A stretch of 34,712 nt of DNA, from the NCBI GenBank assembly GCA_051439505.1, contig JBFRWI010000047.1, forward strand, positions 1 through 34,712. Reading direction: 5' to 3'. Shown in pieces: positions 10,162-21,636 of this stretch. The DNA is from Hormoscilla sp. GTDB taxonomy: Bacteria; Cyanobacteriota; Cyanobacteriia; Cyanobacteriales; Desertifilaceae. The notes beneath the pieces are model-generated. The model was not told the DNA's origin. It searched no databases and worked only from the letters and a program-made list of their open reading frames with translations. Position 1 is the first letter of the stretch; every line of letters starts with the position of its first letter. The translations under genes and the position numbers were made by a program.

Positions 10162-10616
10162 TATTTGAGTTCTCCTGGAATTGTCCTAATCTCTAATACC
10201 TGGGGTTTTTGAGCTTCATGGGGATGGTTCGATCCGCTGTAAACTTTCAGCTTCGTAAATAGCTTGCGTCCGAGGGAATTTTTCGGCAACATCCCCCGCA
10301 CCGCCTGCTCGACTATTCTTTCTGGTATCCGCCCTTGCAGTTTCGCAAAAGTTTCCGTTTTCATGCCCCCCGGACGGCCAGAATGACGTCGATATAGTTT
10401 TTGGCTGCGTTTTTTGCCAGTAACTTCCACTTTTTCAGCGTTCACCACAATCACAAAGTCCCCTACATCCATATGAGGAGTGAAAGTCGGTTTGTTTTTG
10501 CCCCGCAGCACTCTAGCAATTTCACTGGCCAGGCGACCTAGGCGTTGACCAGCAGCATCTACAACATACCAGTTACGCTCTAAGGAATCTTGGGCTGGAA
10601 GATAAGTTTTGTTCAT
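10161..10616 (-). CDS. rplM: 50S ribosomal protein L13
   Basis: WYVVDA, LGRLAS, FTPH.D.GD. Confidence 0.98.
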   Translation of the reverse strand: MNKTYLPAQDSLERNWYVVDAAGQRLGRLASEIARVLRGKNKPTFTPHMDVGDFVIVVNAEKVEVTGKKRSQKLYRRHSGRPGGMKTETFAKLQGRIPERIVEQAVRGMLPKNSLGRKLFTKLKVYSGSNHPHEAQKPQVLEIRTIPGELK

Positions 10617-10636
10617 TGTTAGTTATTAGTTGTCAG

Positions 10637-11491
10637 TTATTGGTTAAAAGTAAGGGTTACTGGAGACAGAAGAAACTTTGGTTGGCTATTATTCCACACT
10701 TCCGACCGAAAAGGGGAGTCCCGGTAGCCTACCCGCAGCAGGCACAAACCTTGAGGTGGGGCGGCGTACTTGACTAAATCCCGGCGTTCTGCTTTCCAGA
10801 TTTGAGTGAACTCCGAAAGCGATCGCCCTTTGGACCCTAATTCCACCAGTAACCCCACTAGCAACCTCATCATACCATATAGAAATCCGTTAGCTTGCAC
10901 TTCTATATAAATGAAGGGCCCCGAGCGGGAGCATTCAGCTGCTTGGACTTCTACCCAGGAATGTTGGCGTTGCGAGCCAGCTCTGCGAAAGGCTGCTAGG
11001 TGATGCTTACCTATCAGTGGTTTCAGGGCATCGGTAATCTTAGATGCATCCAGAGGCTGGTAATAATAATGCCACGCCAAGGGGCTGACAAATAAATTCG
11101 GTTTGGGATCTGTATAAATAGTATAGCGATAGCGACGCCAGCTAGCCGAAAAGCGAGCGTGCCAGTCGGACGGCACAGCTACTGAAGTCAGAATCAAAAT
11201 ATCTTTCGGCAGCCGCGAATTCAACACATTCGCCCACCGACTGGCTGGAATCTTCCCGGTAGCCTCAAAATGTGCTACCTGCCCGGCAGCGTGAACTCCC
11301 GCATCAGTTCTACCAGCGGCTATCACCGGTACCGATCGTTTCAGCACCGTTTCTATGGCTGTTTCGATTTCTGACTGTACTGTCCGTTCTCCACGACCCT
11401 GCCGCTGCCAGCCATGAAAATGAGTGCCCAGGTATTGAATGACCAGGGCAACTCGCTGTCTGGAAGTTGTTTGTTGGTGGGAGTTGTCCAT
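10637..11491 (-). CDS. truA: tRNA pseudouridine(38-40) synthase TruA
   Basis: FHGWQRQ, AGRTDAGVHA, GFLYGMMR. Confidence 0.96.
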   Translation of the reverse strand: MDNSHQQTTSRQRVALVIQYLGTHFHGWQRQGRGERTVQSEIETAIETVLKRSVPVIAAGRTDAGVHAAGQVAHFEATGKIPASRWANVLNSRLPKDILILTSVAVPSDWHARFSASWRRYRYTIYTDPKPNLFVSPLAWHYYYQPLDASKITDALKPLIGKHHLAAFRRAGSQRQHSWVEVQAAECSRSGPFIYIEVQANGFLYGMMRLLVGLLVELGSKGRSLSEFTQIWKAERRDLVKYAAPPQGLCLLRVGYRDSPFRSEVWNNSQPKFLLSPVTLTFNQ

Positions 11492-11527
11492 ATTGCGGAC
11501 TTGACTATTCGCTAGCTTGCAATTGCT

Positions 11528-11917
11528 TCAAACTAGCTCAATAATCGCCATTTCCGCATTATCGCCCCTACGCGGTACGGTTGGCAGAATCCGGGTGTAT
11601 CCACCTTGGCGATCGCCATATCTTGCTTGGGCCTGCTCGAACAGCGAATGAACCAGTTGTTTCTTTTGCCGCATGTGCTCATTTTTATCCTGACTTCCCG
11701 TCAGGTAAATATAGCCCAATGCTTGCCTGCGAGCTGCTAAAGAGCCATCCTTTGCCAACGTTATCATTTTTTCCGCTGCCGATCGCACCGCCTTGGCACG
11801 AGCTTTTGTTGTTGTGATCCGACCTTCACGAATCAGAGCTGTTGTCAGCGAGCGCAGCAGCGCTTTCCGCTGATCCGCTGGTTTTCCTAGTTTAGGGACA
11901 CGACGACGATGACGCAT
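11528..11917 (-). CDS. rplQ: 50S ribosomal protein L17 with internal insertion
   Basis: [29 protein letters not shown]. Confidence 0.97.
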   Translation of the reverse strand: MRHRRRVPKLGKPADQRKALLRSLTTALIREGRITTTKARAKAVRSAAEKMITLAKDGSLAARRQALGYIYLTGSQDKNEHMRQKKQLVHSLFEQAQARYGDRQGGYTRILPTVPRRGDNAEMAIIELV

Positions 11918-11946
11918 TATCTTTTACCTTTCTGCTTACTTGTAAT

Positions 11947-12017
11947 CAGTCAGTCGTCAGTCGTCAGTCGTCAATAACAACCCACAACCAACTACTGACC
12001 ACTTGCACTAACCACTT
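11947..12017. repeat. Heptamer short tandem repeats (STRR-like) between rpoA and rplQ
   Basis: GTCAGTC units followed by ACTAACC-like units. Confidence 0.75.
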
Positions 12018-12018
12018 G

Positions 12019-12963
12019 CTATGTTTTTGTTTGTTTTTCATGGGGCAGGGTAATCCCCAACCGAACCTGCAAAGCTTCTATCACCTCTTCTGCTGATTTC
12101 TGACCAAAGTTTTTTATTTCCAGCAGATCCTCTTGGGTATAGTCCAGCAAGTCTGATACTGAGTTAATCTGCGCTCTTTTCAGACAATTATAAGCCCGCA
12201 CTGACAGTTGCAATTCTTCAATTGGAATCTTACTTGTTGGGTCGGCGTTATCCGATACTTCATCCTTCACTGGCTCAAATGTGATATCTTTGAGCGGATT
12301 AAACAGATCCACTAGGATACTAGCTGCTTGAGACAGGGCCTCTTGAGGAGTTATACTTCCATTCGTCGTGATTTCCATTATTAACCTGTCTTTCTCCAGT
12401 GTGCCCCCTACTCTAGTGTTTTCCACCAGGTAGTTTACCTTCCGCACCGGCATAAAAATCGCATCAATCTGGAGGAAATCCAATGCTGTTGTTTCGTCAC
12501 GACCCCGTTCTACCGTTCTATATCCCTTACCCGTTTCGATGCGAAACTCCATTTCCAGGGTCGCCCCTGGCGATAGGGTAGCAATGTATTGACCCGGGTG
12601 TACTATATCTACATCTGAAGGAATATCAAACTGACTTGCTCTCACCTTCACTGGGCCTTTGGCCAGCAAACGACCAATCTGAGGCTGACTTGAATGGCTT
12701 GTCAGCACTACTTCCTTCATATTTAGCAATATATCCAGCACATCCTCTCGGACTCCCGGAATTGTCGCAAACTCGTGGTTTACCCCTGCTATTCTGACTG
12801 CTGTCACCGCTGCACCTGACAAATTTGACAGCAGCACTCGTCTGAGAGCATTTCCTACTGTCGTGCCTTGACCGCGTTCGAGGGGTTCTAATACAAATCT
12901 GCTGTACTGACTTTGATCTTTTTCCTTATACGACTGTACACATTCTACCTGAAATTGTGTCAT
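12019..12963 (-). CDS. rpoA: RNA polymerase alpha subunit
   Basis: LEPLERGQGTTVGNALRR, LSVRAYNCLKR; ATG at 12963 follows a GGAGG SD. Confidence 0.98.
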   Translation of the reverse strand: MTQFQVECVQSYKEKDQSQYSRFVLEPLERGQGTTVGNALRRVLLSNLSGAAVTAVRIAGVNHEFATIPGVREDVLDILLNMKEVVLTSHSSQPQIGRLLAKGPVKVRASQFDIPSDVDIVHPGQYIATLSPGATLEMEFRIETGKGYRTVERGRDETTALDFLQIDAIFMPVRKVNYLVENTRVGGTLEKDRLIMEITTNGSITPQEALSQAASILVDLFNPLKDITFEPVKDEVSDNADPTSKIPIEELQLSVRAYNCLKRAQINSVSDLLDYTQEDLLEIKNFGQKSAEEVIEALQVRLGITLPHEKQTKT

Positions 12964-13043
12964 CGCTCCGCCTCCCTTCGCCTGAATTCTCGGCAACTTA
13001 TCCCGTTACTTTCCTCTCGCCAACAGCCACCCATCGCCGCGTT

Positions 13044-13436
13044 TTATACTCGACGCCGCTTTGGCGGACGACAGCCATTATGAGGAATTGGGGTCACATC
13101 TCGAATCAGCGTTATTTCCAGCCCTGCCCCTTGTAATGCTCTAATTGCGGTTTCTCTCCCTGCTCCCGGTCCCGATACCATCACTTCTATTTGCCGCATT
13201 CCCTGGTCTATTGCTCTTTTCGCCGCATTTTCCGCCGCTGTTTGGGCTGCAAAGGGAGTTCCTTTTTTTGCCCCCTTAAACCCACTCGATCCTGCTGATG
13301 CCCAGGAAACTACTTCTCCATTCGGAGCCGTAATTGATATGATGGTGTTATTAAATGTAGACTGGATGTGTCCTACCCCATTTGGTATATTCTTTTTCTG
13401 CTTTTTGGAGCCAGTTTTCTTTACTTGTCGCGCCAT
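13044..13436 (-). CDS. rpsK: 30S ribosomal protein S11
   Basis: [31 protein letters not shown]. Confidence 0.98.
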   Translation of the reverse strand: MARQVKKTGSKKQKKNIPNGVGHIQSTFNNTIISITAPNGEVVSWASAGSSGFKGAKKGTPFAAQTAAENAAKRAIDQGMRQIEVMVSGPGAGRETAIRALQGAGLEITLIRDVTPIPHNGCRPPKRRRV

Positions 13437-13561
13437 AATCTTCTGCTTTTGCCATCAATGAACTATTTTTGTTTTCCGCTACTCGCACCCTAGCTAGCAA
13501 AGCTAGTACCCCGATAATTCTGGGGATTTTGGGAGCTCTGCCGTTGAAGATGCTGCTAGCT

Positions 13562-13945
13562 TTATTTCTTAGCGCTAGCCTTTTTCTTTCCTGCTACCGT
13601 GCGACGGGATCCACGCCTTGTGCGAGCATTGGTTCTGGTTCGCTGACCTCTTACTGGCAGGCCCATCCGGTGACGCCTGCCACGGTATGTGCCTATGTCC
13701 ATCAGTCGCTTGATGTTCATCCCTTCCCAACGGCGTAGGTCTCCTTCTACCTGATAGTTGGTTTCCACCGCTTGTCGCAGTGCCGCTACCTCCGCATCGC
13801 TCAACGCCTTGACCCGAGTATCTGGATTTATCCCCGTTGTCGCTAGAATTTCTTGAGATCTGGTCAGCCCTATTCCATAGATGTATGTCAGACCTATTTC
13901 CACCCGCTTGTCCCGGGGCAGGTCTACACCGGCTATCCTTGCCAC
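13562..13945 (-). CDS. rpsM: 30S ribosomal protein S13
   Basis: [23 protein letters not shown]. Confidence 0.98.
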   Translation of the reverse strand: MARIAGVDLPRDKRVEIGLTYIYGIGLTRSQEILATTGINPDTRVKALSDAEVAALRQAVETNYQVEGDLRRWEGMNIKRLMDIGTYRGRRHRMGLPVRGQRTRTNARTRRGSRRTVAGKKKASAKK

Positions 13946-14034
13946 TTCTTTTTCTCCTTACTATTGTTTTTCTGCTACTAAGAACAGTCTCCCATGCCTG
14001 TCTAACCCTGATCGCCAAACCTGCTTATGCCTCC

Positions 14035-14148
14035 CTAACCTTGGCGCTGCTTGTGCTTGGGATTAGAACAGATCACCATTACCCGACCGTGACGGCGGAT
14101 AATGCGGCACTTCTCACATATTTTTTTAACGGACGATCTTACTTTCAT
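14035..14148 (-). CDS. rpmJ: 50S ribosomal protein L36 (37 aa, not in ORF track)
   Basis: Manual translation [37 protein letters not shown]. Confidence 0.97.
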   Translation of the reverse strand: MKVRSSVKKICEKCRIIRRHGRVMVICSNPKHKQRQG

Positions 14149-14176
14149 GCCTGTTCTCGAACACTACAAATATAAC

Positions 14177-14206
14177 ACTCTATCAGATTTTTACAGTACT
14201 TGTCAA
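14177..14206 (-). promoter_or_regulatory. Internal sigma70-type promoter for rpmJ-rpsM-rpsK-rpoA
   Basis: TTGACA-N18-TAGAGT with TG extension, just upstream of rpmJ. Confidence 0.6.
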
Positions 14207-14273
14207 ATCTTTTTTTCCACGGGACATTACGGTGCCGTCTCGCCACCCCTCCCCCTTTTTCTGAGCCACTAGC

Positions 14274-14498
14274 TTACTTCTTCCGCAGACGATAGGTAAT
14301 TCTGCCTTTGGTTAAGTCGTAGGGCGTTAGCTCCACTTTGACCCGATCGCCCGGGAGAATTTTGATATAATTGCGGCGAATTTTGCCAGATATATGGGCC
14401 AGCACGTTAAACCCATTGTCCAGGTCTACCCTAAACATGGCATTAGGCAAGGATTCTGTTACCGTGCCTTCCATTTCTATTAAATCTTGTTTAGCCAA
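14274..14498 (-). CDS. infA: Translation initiation factor IF-1 (TTG start)
   Basis: [30 protein letters not shown]. Confidence 0.98.
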   Translation of the reverse strand: MAKQDLIEMEGTVTESLPNAMFRVDLDNGFNVLAHISGKIRRNYIKILPGDRVKVELTPYDLTKGRITYRLRKK

Positions 14499-14727
14499 TT
14501 TTGCTTTTCCTCAACTCTACTCTTGCCACCAGACGCCCCTTACCCTATCTTGCCCATTAATTCAACCTCTTTTTACATATCTTATCAAAGATATCCATTG
14601 AAAATAGATCGATGGCGGCCTGTTGGTCCGGCGATGCGCTCCGGGTCGTGCGATCGCCCAGAGTACGCGCAGCGCATGTAGCGCGAGTGCATCGTTGTGC
14701 TTTGGGGTTAAATGCACTACTCTTCAG

Positions 14728-15282
14728 CTAGGAGCCGATCGCCTGTTTGAGAGCAGCCGCCACATCTGCTATCGGCTGATTGCCATTGACCGACTTCAAC
14801 TGCCCCCGACCTCGGTAGAAGTCAATCAAGGGCGCTGTCTTTTCTCGATAAACCTCTAAGCGATGACGAATTGTTTCTTCGCTATCGTCGGAGCGCCCTC
14901 GTTCCCTTAGTCTGTCAACTATGACGTCATCTGGTACTTCCATGGCGATCGCCCAATCAGTCCATTGGCCTACTTCCTCCAGCAGCTTATCCAAGAACTC
15001 AGCCTGAACCACATTACGCGGAAAGCCATCAAGGATCCACCCCGAACTGGCATCAGATTTACTCAAGCGTTCTTTCACCAAATCCTCCACCACCTTATCC
15101 GGCACCAATTCTCCCTCATCCAGGTAAGACTGGACCTTAAGCCCCAGAGAGGTCTTGTCCTCTACTGCCTTGCGTAACAGTTCTCCGGTGGAAATGTGGG
15201 GAATTTGCTCATTATTCGCCAGTTGAGCTGCCTGGGTTCCCTTCCCCGAACCCGGAGGCCCTAAAAAAATTAATCGTGTCAC
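14728..15282 (-). CDS. adk: Adenylate kinase (short, no zinc lid)
   Basis: GPPGSGKGTQA, ILDGFPR, RSDD. Confidence 0.97.
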   Translation of the reverse strand: MTRLIFLGPPGSGKGTQAAQLANNEQIPHISTGELLRKAVEDKTSLGLKVQSYLDEGELVPDKVVEDLVKERLSKSDASSGWILDGFPRNVVQAEFLDKLLEEVGQWTDWAIAMEVPDDVIVDRLRERGRSDDSEETIRHRLEVYREKTAPLIDFYRGRGQLKSVNGNQPIADVAAALKQAIGS

Positions 15283-16586
15283 TACTGCTTCACCATTCCT
15301 TCATATCGCTGAGATATCACATAAGTTTGAATCTGTTTGGCCGTATCAATAGCCACGCCCACCAGAATCAACAGGGAGGTGGCTCCCAAGCCCTGAAATG
15401 TTCGCACTCGTGTGGCAGATTCTACCGCTGTGGGCACGATCGCCACTAGGCCCAGAAAAATTGCTCCCAAGAATGTCAATCTGTTCAATACCCTTTCTAT
15501 GTACTCGCTGGTAGCCCTACCGGGACGAATGCCGGGTATGCTAGACCCCATTTTCTTTAAATTCTGAGACATATCTACGGGATTGATAATCAAGGAAGCA
15601 TAGAAATAGCTGAAGAAAACAATCATCGCCAGATAAAAGGGCACGTACAGCGTTCCCCCTGGACTCAGATACTGGACAGCACGCGCTAAACTTTCGCTTC
15701 TGGTAAAATTCGCCAAACTTACTGGCAGAATCAGCACCGCCGATGCAAAGATAATCGGCATTACTCCCCCTTGATTGAGTCGCAGTGGCAGGTAGTTGCT
15801 TTTTTCTAGATAAAGTTTGCGCCCCACCTGACGCCTGGCCGAGATAATCGGTATTCTGCGAGTTCCCTCTTGCACGAACACAATCCCGACTATCATTACT
15901 AGGAATACACCGATCAGAATTACTACTCCTCCGACGAGATTGCGATCGCCCGAAGATGCCAGTTCGATTGTTTGTCCTATGGACCTGGGCAAAGTGGAAA
16001 CAATATTCAGAAAAATCAGTAGGGATGCTCCATTACCTATGCCCCGTTCCGTGATCAGTTCGCCCAACCACATCACGAACATGGAACCAGCAGTCAGAGC
16101 TAGCACGGTCTTGGCTATAAACAATGGCCCCGGCTCGATCGCCACCTGTTGGGAACTTATCCATAGGGCAATACCCACACTTTGAATCACCGCCCATCCC
16201 ACGGCCACGTAACGAGTTATCTGAGATATTTTCCGCCGACCAGCTTCCCCTTCATTTTTCTGCAAATCCTCCAATGATGGCAGGGCTGCTGTCAACAGCT
16301 GCATAATGATGGAAGCATTGATGAAGGGCAAAATTCCTAGAGCAAATATTCCTAACTGGGAAAGTCCACCGCCAGAGAACAGATCCAAAAATCCGACGAT
16401 CGGGCTTCCTTGGATATTTTGCGCGAATCTCGCCCGGTCGATGCCCGGTACTGGTATATATATCCCCAGTCTTGCTAGAATCAGCATCCCAATGGTCAGC
16501 AGCACCCGGCCTCTGAGACCTGCTGCTTGCGCCATCTGCATGAATGTTTCCTGAGCGCTGGGGGTTTTGTCTCGACTAACCGCCAT
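15282..16586 (-). CDS. secY: Preprotein translocase SecY
   Basis: FALGILPFINASII, IPGIRPG, TSLLILVGV; start likely MAVSRDK after an SD. Confidence 0.98.
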   Translation of the reverse strand: MAVSRDKTPSAQETFMQMAQAAGLRGRVLLTIGMLILARLGIYIPVPGIDRARFAQNIQGSPIVGFLDLFSGGGLSQLGIFALGILPFINASIIMQLLTAALPSLEDLQKNEGEAGRRKISQITRYVAVGWAVIQSVGIALWISSQQVAIEPGPLFIAKTVLALTAGSMFVMWLGELITERGIGNGASLLIFLNIVSTLPRSIGQTIELASSGDRNLVGGVVILIGVFLVMIVGIVFVQEGTRRIPIISARRQVGRKLYLEKSNYLPLRLNQGGVMPIIFASAVLILPVSLANFTRSESLARAVQYLSPGGTLYVPFYLAMIVFFSYFYASLIINPVDMSQNLKKMGSSIPGIRPGRATSEYIERVLNRLTFLGAIFLGLVAIVPTAVESATRVRTFQGLGATSLLILVGVAIDTAKQIQTYVISQRYEGMVKQ

Positions 16587-16662
16587 AATTACCTCGTTCG
16601 TCATACTGCGCACCGACCCGATCCTCTCCCAAGTTGCGGGAGAACGCGATCTGCTGTGCTGT

Positions 16663-17118
16663 TTAATTTGATGAATCTAGGACGACGCAACTACCACCGG
16701 CTGACTCTATCTTTTGGCGAGCCGAAGCTGTAAACCCATATGCTTTTACTTGCAAGGGCACCTGCAACTCCCCGTCTCCCAAAATTTTCAGCGGTCCTTT
16801 ATCGGCTGTGACAATGCCTGCTTCCATCAACGAAGCCAGGGTCACTTCCGTATTTGCCGGTAGTGATGCTAGTTTGCTTACATTGATCGTAGTATATTGC
16901 TGCCGATTTATAACCGTAAAGTGCTTTAACTTGGGGATGCGGCGATACAGAGGTATTTGTCCCCCCTCAAAACCAGGTCTCGTGCCGCGACCCGATCGGG
17001 ATTTTTGTCCCCGCATACCAAATCCACCGCTTGCCCCTTGACCAGCAGCAATTCCCCTCCCGATCCGCCGACGGCGTTTGCGAGAGCCTTTTTTGGGCAC
17101 GGCATCTTGTAGTCTCAT
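16663..17118 (-). CDS. rplO: 50S ribosomal protein L15
   Basis: [17 protein letters not shown]. Confidence 0.98.
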   Translation of the reverse strand: MRLQDAVPKKGSRKRRRRIGRGIAAGQGASGGFGMRGQKSRSGRGTRPGFEGGQIPLYRRIPKLKHFTVINRQQYTTINVSKLASLPANTEVTLASLMEAGIVTADKGPLKILGDGELQVPLQVKAYGFTASARQKIESAGGSCVVLDSSN

Positions 17119-17205
17119 GTTGGTTATCAGTTGTTGGTTGTCAGTTGTTGGTTGTCAGTTGTTGGTTGTCAGTTATCCCCACTAACCACTAACCACTAAC
17201 CACTT
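17119..17205. repeat. Heptamer STRR-like repeats between rpsE and rplO
   Basis: (GTTGTCAGTTGTTG)n then (CACTAAC)n. Confidence 0.9.
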
Positions 17206-17206
17206 A

Positions 17207-17755
17207 CTAAGCATAGAGGTTTTCAATGGGAACCCCCCGATCTTGGGCAACTTGAGCAAAAGTGCGCAGGCTTGCCAGGGCCTCCACCGATGCTCTCGCG
17301 TTGTTCAGAGGATTATTTGAACCCAGTTGCTTTGCTAGCACATTGCGGACACCAGCTAATTCTAACACGGTGCGCACGGCTCCACCAGCAATCACACCAG
17401 TCCCCGGTGCCGCTGGTCGCATCAGCACCTTAGCACCAGTGGCAATTCCAGTTGTGGGATGGGGAATGGAGTAGGACTTGCTCAGGGGCACCTCAATGAG
17501 ATGCTTTTTGGCGTCGGCGACCCCTTTTTTCACGGCCCCGATCACGTCACTTGCCTTGCCAACTCCCACTCCCACTTGACCCCGTTCGTTGCCCACAACT
17601 ACGATCGCCCGGAAGCTGAGCTTTTTACCCCCTTTCACCACTTTCGTCACCCGGCGGATCTGCACCACCCGTTCTTGCCATTCTGATTCTTTTTCCCGAG
17701 TGCGGTTACCTTTCTTCCGGCCAGTTCCCTTTTCTTTTTCGGTGTTTTTTTCCAT
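17207..17755 (-). CDS. rpsE: 30S ribosomal protein S5
   Basis: [21 protein letters not shown]. Confidence 0.98.
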   Translation of the reverse strand: MEKNTEKEKGTGRKKGNRTREKESEWQERVVQIRRVTKVVKGGKKLSFRAIVVVGNERGQVGVGVGKASDVIGAVKKGVADAKKHLIEVPLSKSYSIPHPTTGIATGAKVLMRPAAPGTGVIAGGAVRTVLELAGVRNVLAKQLGSNNPLNNARASVEALASLRTFAQVAQDRGVPIENLYA

Positions 17756-17819
17756 CTGCTTGTCCCCCGTCTAGCTTGCCAGCCTTCAAGTATTCTCTTC
17801 TGTTGTCCATGACATTTTA

Positions 17820-18182
17820 CTAAAAATCCAACCCGGCCTCGCGAGCTGCTTCTGCTAGGGCTTGGACGCGACCGTGATATAGGTTTCCACCTCGATCGAA
17901 TACTACCTTTTCCACTCCTTTTGCCTTTGCTCGTTCGGCCACTAACTTGCCTACCTCTGCCGCAGCAGCACAACTTTTCCCATTTGATTGTTGGGTTCTC
18001 ATTTGCGGTTCTAGGGTTGAGGCTGCGACCAGGGTATGTTGCTGGCTATCGTCAATCACTTGCGCGTAAATATGTTGATGAGAACGAAACACCGCTAGGC
18101 GAGGACGTTCTGTCGTTCCCTCTACCTGACGACGAATTCTACCATGCCTACGCCGCTTTGATTCTCTCCTTGTCAGCTTCAT
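17820..18182 (-). CDS. rplR: 50S ribosomal protein L18
   Basis: [21 protein letters not shown]. Confidence 0.98.
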   Translation of the reverse strand: MKLTRRESKRRRHGRIRRQVEGTTERPRLAVFRSHQHIYAQVIDDSQQHTLVAASTLEPQMRTQQSNGKSCAAAAEVGKLVAERAKAKGVEKVVFDRGGNLYHGRVQALAEAAREAGLDF

Positions 18183-18184
18183 CT

Positions 18185-18748
18185 TTATTTCTTCCCTGCC
18201 TTACCGGCCTTACGTCTGACGAATTCGCCGACATAGCGAATGCCTTTGCCTTTGTAAACTTCTGGCGGACGGACAGCACGGATCTTGGCTGCCATGTTGC
18301 CCACCACTTCCTTGTCAATGCCACTGACTACTACTAACGTTCCTGTTTTCACGGCCTTCCCCGTGTTGTCTACCACTGAGAATTCAATCTGGGGCGGGGG
18401 TTCAATCTCCACGGGATTGCTGTAACCTACGTTTAAGGTCAGGTTTTTGCCGTTTAATTGGGCCCGATAACCCACACCCTGAATTTCCAGACGCCGCATA
18501 AATCCTTGGTCAACCCCTTCTATCATGTTGGCTACTAGGGTGCGACTCAGGCCGTGACGCGATCGGGCTTTTCTCGACTCCGAATCCCGTTTTACCACGA
18601 TCGTACCATCCGATTCTTCCACCGTTACTTCCGATGGCAGGACTCGGGACAGTTCTCCTTTTGGTCCCTTCACCGCCACCTCTTGACCATCTATGGTGAC
18701 GCTTACTTTCTTGGGAATACTAATGGGACGCTTACCAATTCTCGACAT
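18185..18748 (-). CDS. rplF: 50S ribosomal protein L6
   Basis: [23 protein letters not shown]. Confidence 0.98.
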   Translation of the reverse strand: MSRIGKRPISIPKKVSVTIDGQEVAVKGPKGELSRVLPSEVTVEESDGTIVVKRDSESRKARSRHGLSRTLVANMIEGVDQGFMRRLEIQGVGYRAQLNGKNLTLNVGYSNPVEIEPPPQIEFSVVDNTGKAVKTGTLVVVSGIDKEVVGNMAAKIRAVRPPEVYKGKGIRYVGEFVRRKAGKAGKK

Positions 18749-18766
18749 AATTCTCCTGGTGCTAAC

Positions 18767-19168
18767 TTACCATACATAGCAAAGCACTTCGCCTCCGATC
18801 CCTTGACGCCTCGCTTCGCGATCGGTCATGATCCCACTTGATGTTGATATAATCGCAATCCCAATCCCGCCCAGCACCCGAGGCAATTCTTTGCGGTTTT
18901 TGTATACCCGCAATCCCGGTCTGCTTACCCGTTTCAATTTGGTGATAATTGGGCTCCTGTTCTTGCCCTTATATTTTAAGGAGATCTCCAAATATCGCTT
19001 AACTCCTTCTCCCGTTTCTTCAATTTCACCGATGAATCCTTCCTCTTTTAATACCCGAGCAATGCTGCGCGTCATCTTTGTTGCTGGCACTTTTGCTGTT
19101 TTATGTCGTGCTAGAGAAGCATTTCTAATGCGCGTGAGCATATCTGCAATCGTATCGTTTACCGCCAT
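18767..19168 (-). CDS. rpsH: 30S ribosomal protein S8
   Basis: [30 protein letters not shown]. Confidence 0.98.
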   Translation of the reverse strand: MAVNDTIADMLTRIRNASLARHKTAKVPATKMTRSIARVLKEEGFIGEIEETGEGVKRYLEISLKYKGKNRSPIITKLKRVSRPGLRVYKNRKELPRVLGGIGIAIISTSSGIMTDREARRQGIGGEVLCYVW

Positions 19169-19191
19169 CTTTCCCTCTTTTCTTAACTGCC

Positions 19192-19740
19192 TCAGTTATC
19201 CCGGAAGGGCATGCCCATTTCTCGCAGCAAGGCGCGTCCCTCTTCGTCAGTGTTCGCTGTGGTGATGATGGAAATGTCCATTCCCCGAATTTGATCGATG
19301 CTGTCGTAGTCTACTTCTGGAAAGATTAGCTGCTCTTTTAATCCCAGAGTGTAGTTGCCCCGTCCGTCAAAGCTTTTCGGACTGACCCCCCGAAAGTCTC
19401 TGATCCTGGGCAGCGCTAGGTTGATTAACCGATCGAGAAAGGCATACATCCGCTCTCTGCGCAATGTTACCATCACCCCTACGGGCATTCCTTGGCGGAT
19501 TTTGAAGCCCGCGATCGCCTTTTTTGCCCTTGTCACTACTGGTTTTTGGCCCGTAATTACAGCTATTTCCTTTACAGAAGCTTCTAGGGCCTTAGCATTT
19601 GATGACGCTTCCCCTAACCCTCGGTTGACCGTCACTTTTGCCACTTTCGGCACTTGATGGATATTGCCGTAACTAAACTTCTCCATCAGTGCGGGCACGA
19701 TCTTCTCCTTGTATCGCGTTTTTAATTGTTGATCTACCAT
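19192..19740 (-). CDS. rplE: 50S ribosomal protein L5
   Basis: [22 protein letters not shown]. Confidence 0.98.
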   Translation of the reverse strand: MVDQQLKTRYKEKIVPALMEKFSYGNIHQVPKVAKVTVNRGLGEASSNAKALEASVKEIAVITGQKPVVTRAKKAIAGFKIRQGMPVGVMVTLRRERMYAFLDRLINLALPRIRDFRGVSPKSFDGRGNYTLGLKEQLIFPEVDYDSIDQIRGMDISIITTANTDEEGRALLREMGMPFRDN

Positions 19741-19764
19741 TTACCCTCCCTTTAACTGCCGTGA

Positions 19765-20130
19765 CTAATCAATTATTTCTCCCGTCTTTTTGAGTATTCT
19801 CACCTTCTTCCCATCTTCATTGATGGTGTACCCTACCCGCGATGCCACTTTTTCTTTCTCTGAATAAAGCATGACATTGGAGCTATGAATCGGCCCCTCA
19901 AATGTCATTATTTGACCTGATTCACCTTCTTGCCTCGGCTTGACATGCTTCGTCTTTTTGTTCACATCCTTGACTACTACTTTGCTCTCTTTTGGCAAGG
20001 TTCTGAGCACCTCTGCCACTTTCCCTTTGTCTTTACCGGCAATCACCTGCACTTTGTCACCTTTCTTGACATGCATCTTGTATCGCATGGGACGATCGCT
20101 GGCGCTTTTAACACCCTTCTTCTTGGTCAT
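19765..20130 (-). CDS. rplX: 50S ribosomal protein L24
   Basis: KOW motif [25 protein letters not shown] overlaps the rplN stop. Confidence 0.97.
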   Translation of the reverse strand: MTKKKGVKSASDRPMRYKMHVKKGDKVQVIAGKDKGKVAEVLRTLPKESKVVVKDVNKKTKHVKPRQEGESGQIMTFEGPIHSSNVMLYSEKEKVASRVGYTINEDGKKVRILKKTGEIID

Positions 20131-20495
20131 CACAACACCTCCGGCGCTAACGAAACTATCTTGGTATAGTTCTTATCCCGTAGTTCGCGGGCTACTGGCC
20201 CAAATACCCGGGTTCCCCTGGGATTACCGTCTTGGTTGACGATCACGGCGGCGTTGTCGTCAAAGCGAATGCTCATACCGCTCTCGCGACGCAGTCCCTT
20301 ACGGGTACGAACGATCACAGCTCTGACTATATCTGACTTTTTGATCGCCATATTTGGGCTAGCGTCTTTGACGACGCCGATAATTACATCTCCAACGCTA
20401 GCATAGCGTCGGTTTCCTCCGAGGACACGAATACACATTATTTTCCGTGCCCCGCTGTTATCAGCTACATTCAGGTAAGACTCTTGTTGAATCAC
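20130..20495 (-). CDS. rplN: 50S ribosomal protein L14
   Basis: [21 protein letters not shown]. Confidence 0.98.
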   Translation of the reverse strand: MIQQESYLNVADNSGARKIMCIRVLGGNRRYASVGDVIIGVVKDASPNMAIKKSDIVRAVIVRTRKGLRRESGMSIRFDDNAAVIVNQDGNPRGTRVFGPVARELRDKNYTKIVSLAPEVL

Positions 20496-20511
20496 GGTTT
20501 TGGCCTTTTAA

Positions 20512-20838
20512 TTAGCTATTAGCTTCTGCTTCTGGACTAGATGCTTCTGGACTAGATGCTTCTGGACTCGCAGATGCACTCAAGTCTTTGACCTTGGCTT
20601 CTTTGGTGAGAATCTCATTCACCATCCAGCGTTTGGTCCGGCTGAGGGGTCGCGTTTCTCTAATCCGCACCCGATCGCCCTCTTTGCACTGGTTTTCTTC
20701 GTCATGAGCTTTATAGTGCTTGGTGCGCACGACAATTTTGCCGTACTTCTGGTGGGAGCTGCGATTTTCCACTGCCACCACCACAGTTTTCTGCATTTTG
20801 TCGCTGACGACTACACCCACTCTCTCTTTAATAGGCAT
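20512..20838 (-). CDS. rpsQ: 30S ribosomal protein S17 with repetitive C-terminal tail
   Basis: [20 protein letters not shown]. Confidence 0.97.
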   Translation of the reverse strand: MPIKERVGVVVSDKMQKTVVVAVENRSSHQKYGKIVVRTKHYKAHDEENQCKEGDRVRIRETRPLSRTKRWMVNEILTKEAKVKDLSASASPEASSPEASSPEAEANS

Positions 20839-20844
20839 ATAACT

Positions 20845-21126
20845 TTATTTTTCCTCCTCTGCCTCTGCTACCTCTGCCTCTGTTACCTCTGCCTCTGTTA
20901 CCTCTACAGTCTTTGTTTTGATTGCTGCCAGTTCTCTTTCCCGTTGTACTGTCAGCAACTGGGCCTGCCGGTGCCTAGTATGTTTCACCAGGTGGGTTTT
21001 TTCCTCTGACTGATTGGTACTTTTCTTGAACCTTAAATCAAATAGTTCCTTCTTGACGGCTTTAATCTGTTCGCTCAGTTCTTCATCACTGAGCTTGCGA
21101 GCTTCTTCAATCTTCGGCAAAGCCAT
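20845..21126 (-). CDS. rpmC: 50S ribosomal protein L29 with acidic repetitive tail
   Basis: ELFDLRF, AQLLT; syntenic position. Confidence 0.95.
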   Translation of the reverse strand: MALPKIEEARKLSDEELSEQIKAVKKELFDLRFKKSTNQSEEKTHLVKHTRHRQAQLLTVQRERELAAIKTKTVEVTEAEVTEAEVAEAEEEK

Positions 21127-21130
21127 TGTA

Positions 21131-21547
21131 CTAATGCTCCGTTTCGCGGACTACGAACTTGGTTTTGATCGGTAATTTGTGAGAAGCCAGGCGCATCGCC
21201 TCTCTTGCCGTTGCTTCTGGCACGCCAGCGATTTCATATAATATGCGCCCGGGCTTCACTACTGCTACCCAAAATTCTGGGTTTCCTTTACCAGAACCCA
21301 TCCGGGTTTCTGCGGGACGCATAGTTACCGGTTTATCGGGAAAGATCCGAATCCAGATTTTCCCACCCCGCCGGATATAGCGGGTCATGGCACGGCGACC
21401 TGCCTCAATTTGGCGAGATGTGATCCAGTGAGGTTCCAATGCCTGTAAGGCATACTCACCGAAGTTAATCTTGTTCCCTCTTGAGGCCATTCCCTTCATC
21501 CGACCCCGATGTTGCTTGCGGAATTTTGTTCTTCTAGGACTTAACAT
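21131..21547 (-). CDS. rplP: 50S ribosomal protein L16
   Basis: [15 protein letters not shown]. Confidence 0.98.
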   Translation of the reverse strand: MLSPRRTKFRKQHRGRMKGMASRGNKINFGEYALQALEPHWITSRQIEAGRRAMTRYIRRGGKIWIRIFPDKPVTMRPAETRMGSGKGNPEFWVAVVKPGRILYEIAGVPEATAREAMRLASHKLPIKTKFVVRETEH

Positions 21548-21552
21548 AACTT

Positions 21553-21636
21553 TTGTCAGTTGTCAGTTGTCAGTTGTCAGTTGTCAGTTGTTAGTTGTCA
21601 GTTGTCAGTTATCAACTAACCACTAACTACTAACCG
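21553..21636. repeat. Heptamer STRR-like repeats between rpsC and rplP
   Basis: (TTGTCAG) x ~8 then ACTAACC units. Confidence 0.9.

Noticed and set aside
14728..15282. adk as the viperin-associated kinase
   Set aside because: Housekeeping gene in its conserved secY-adk-infA position, 15 kb away.
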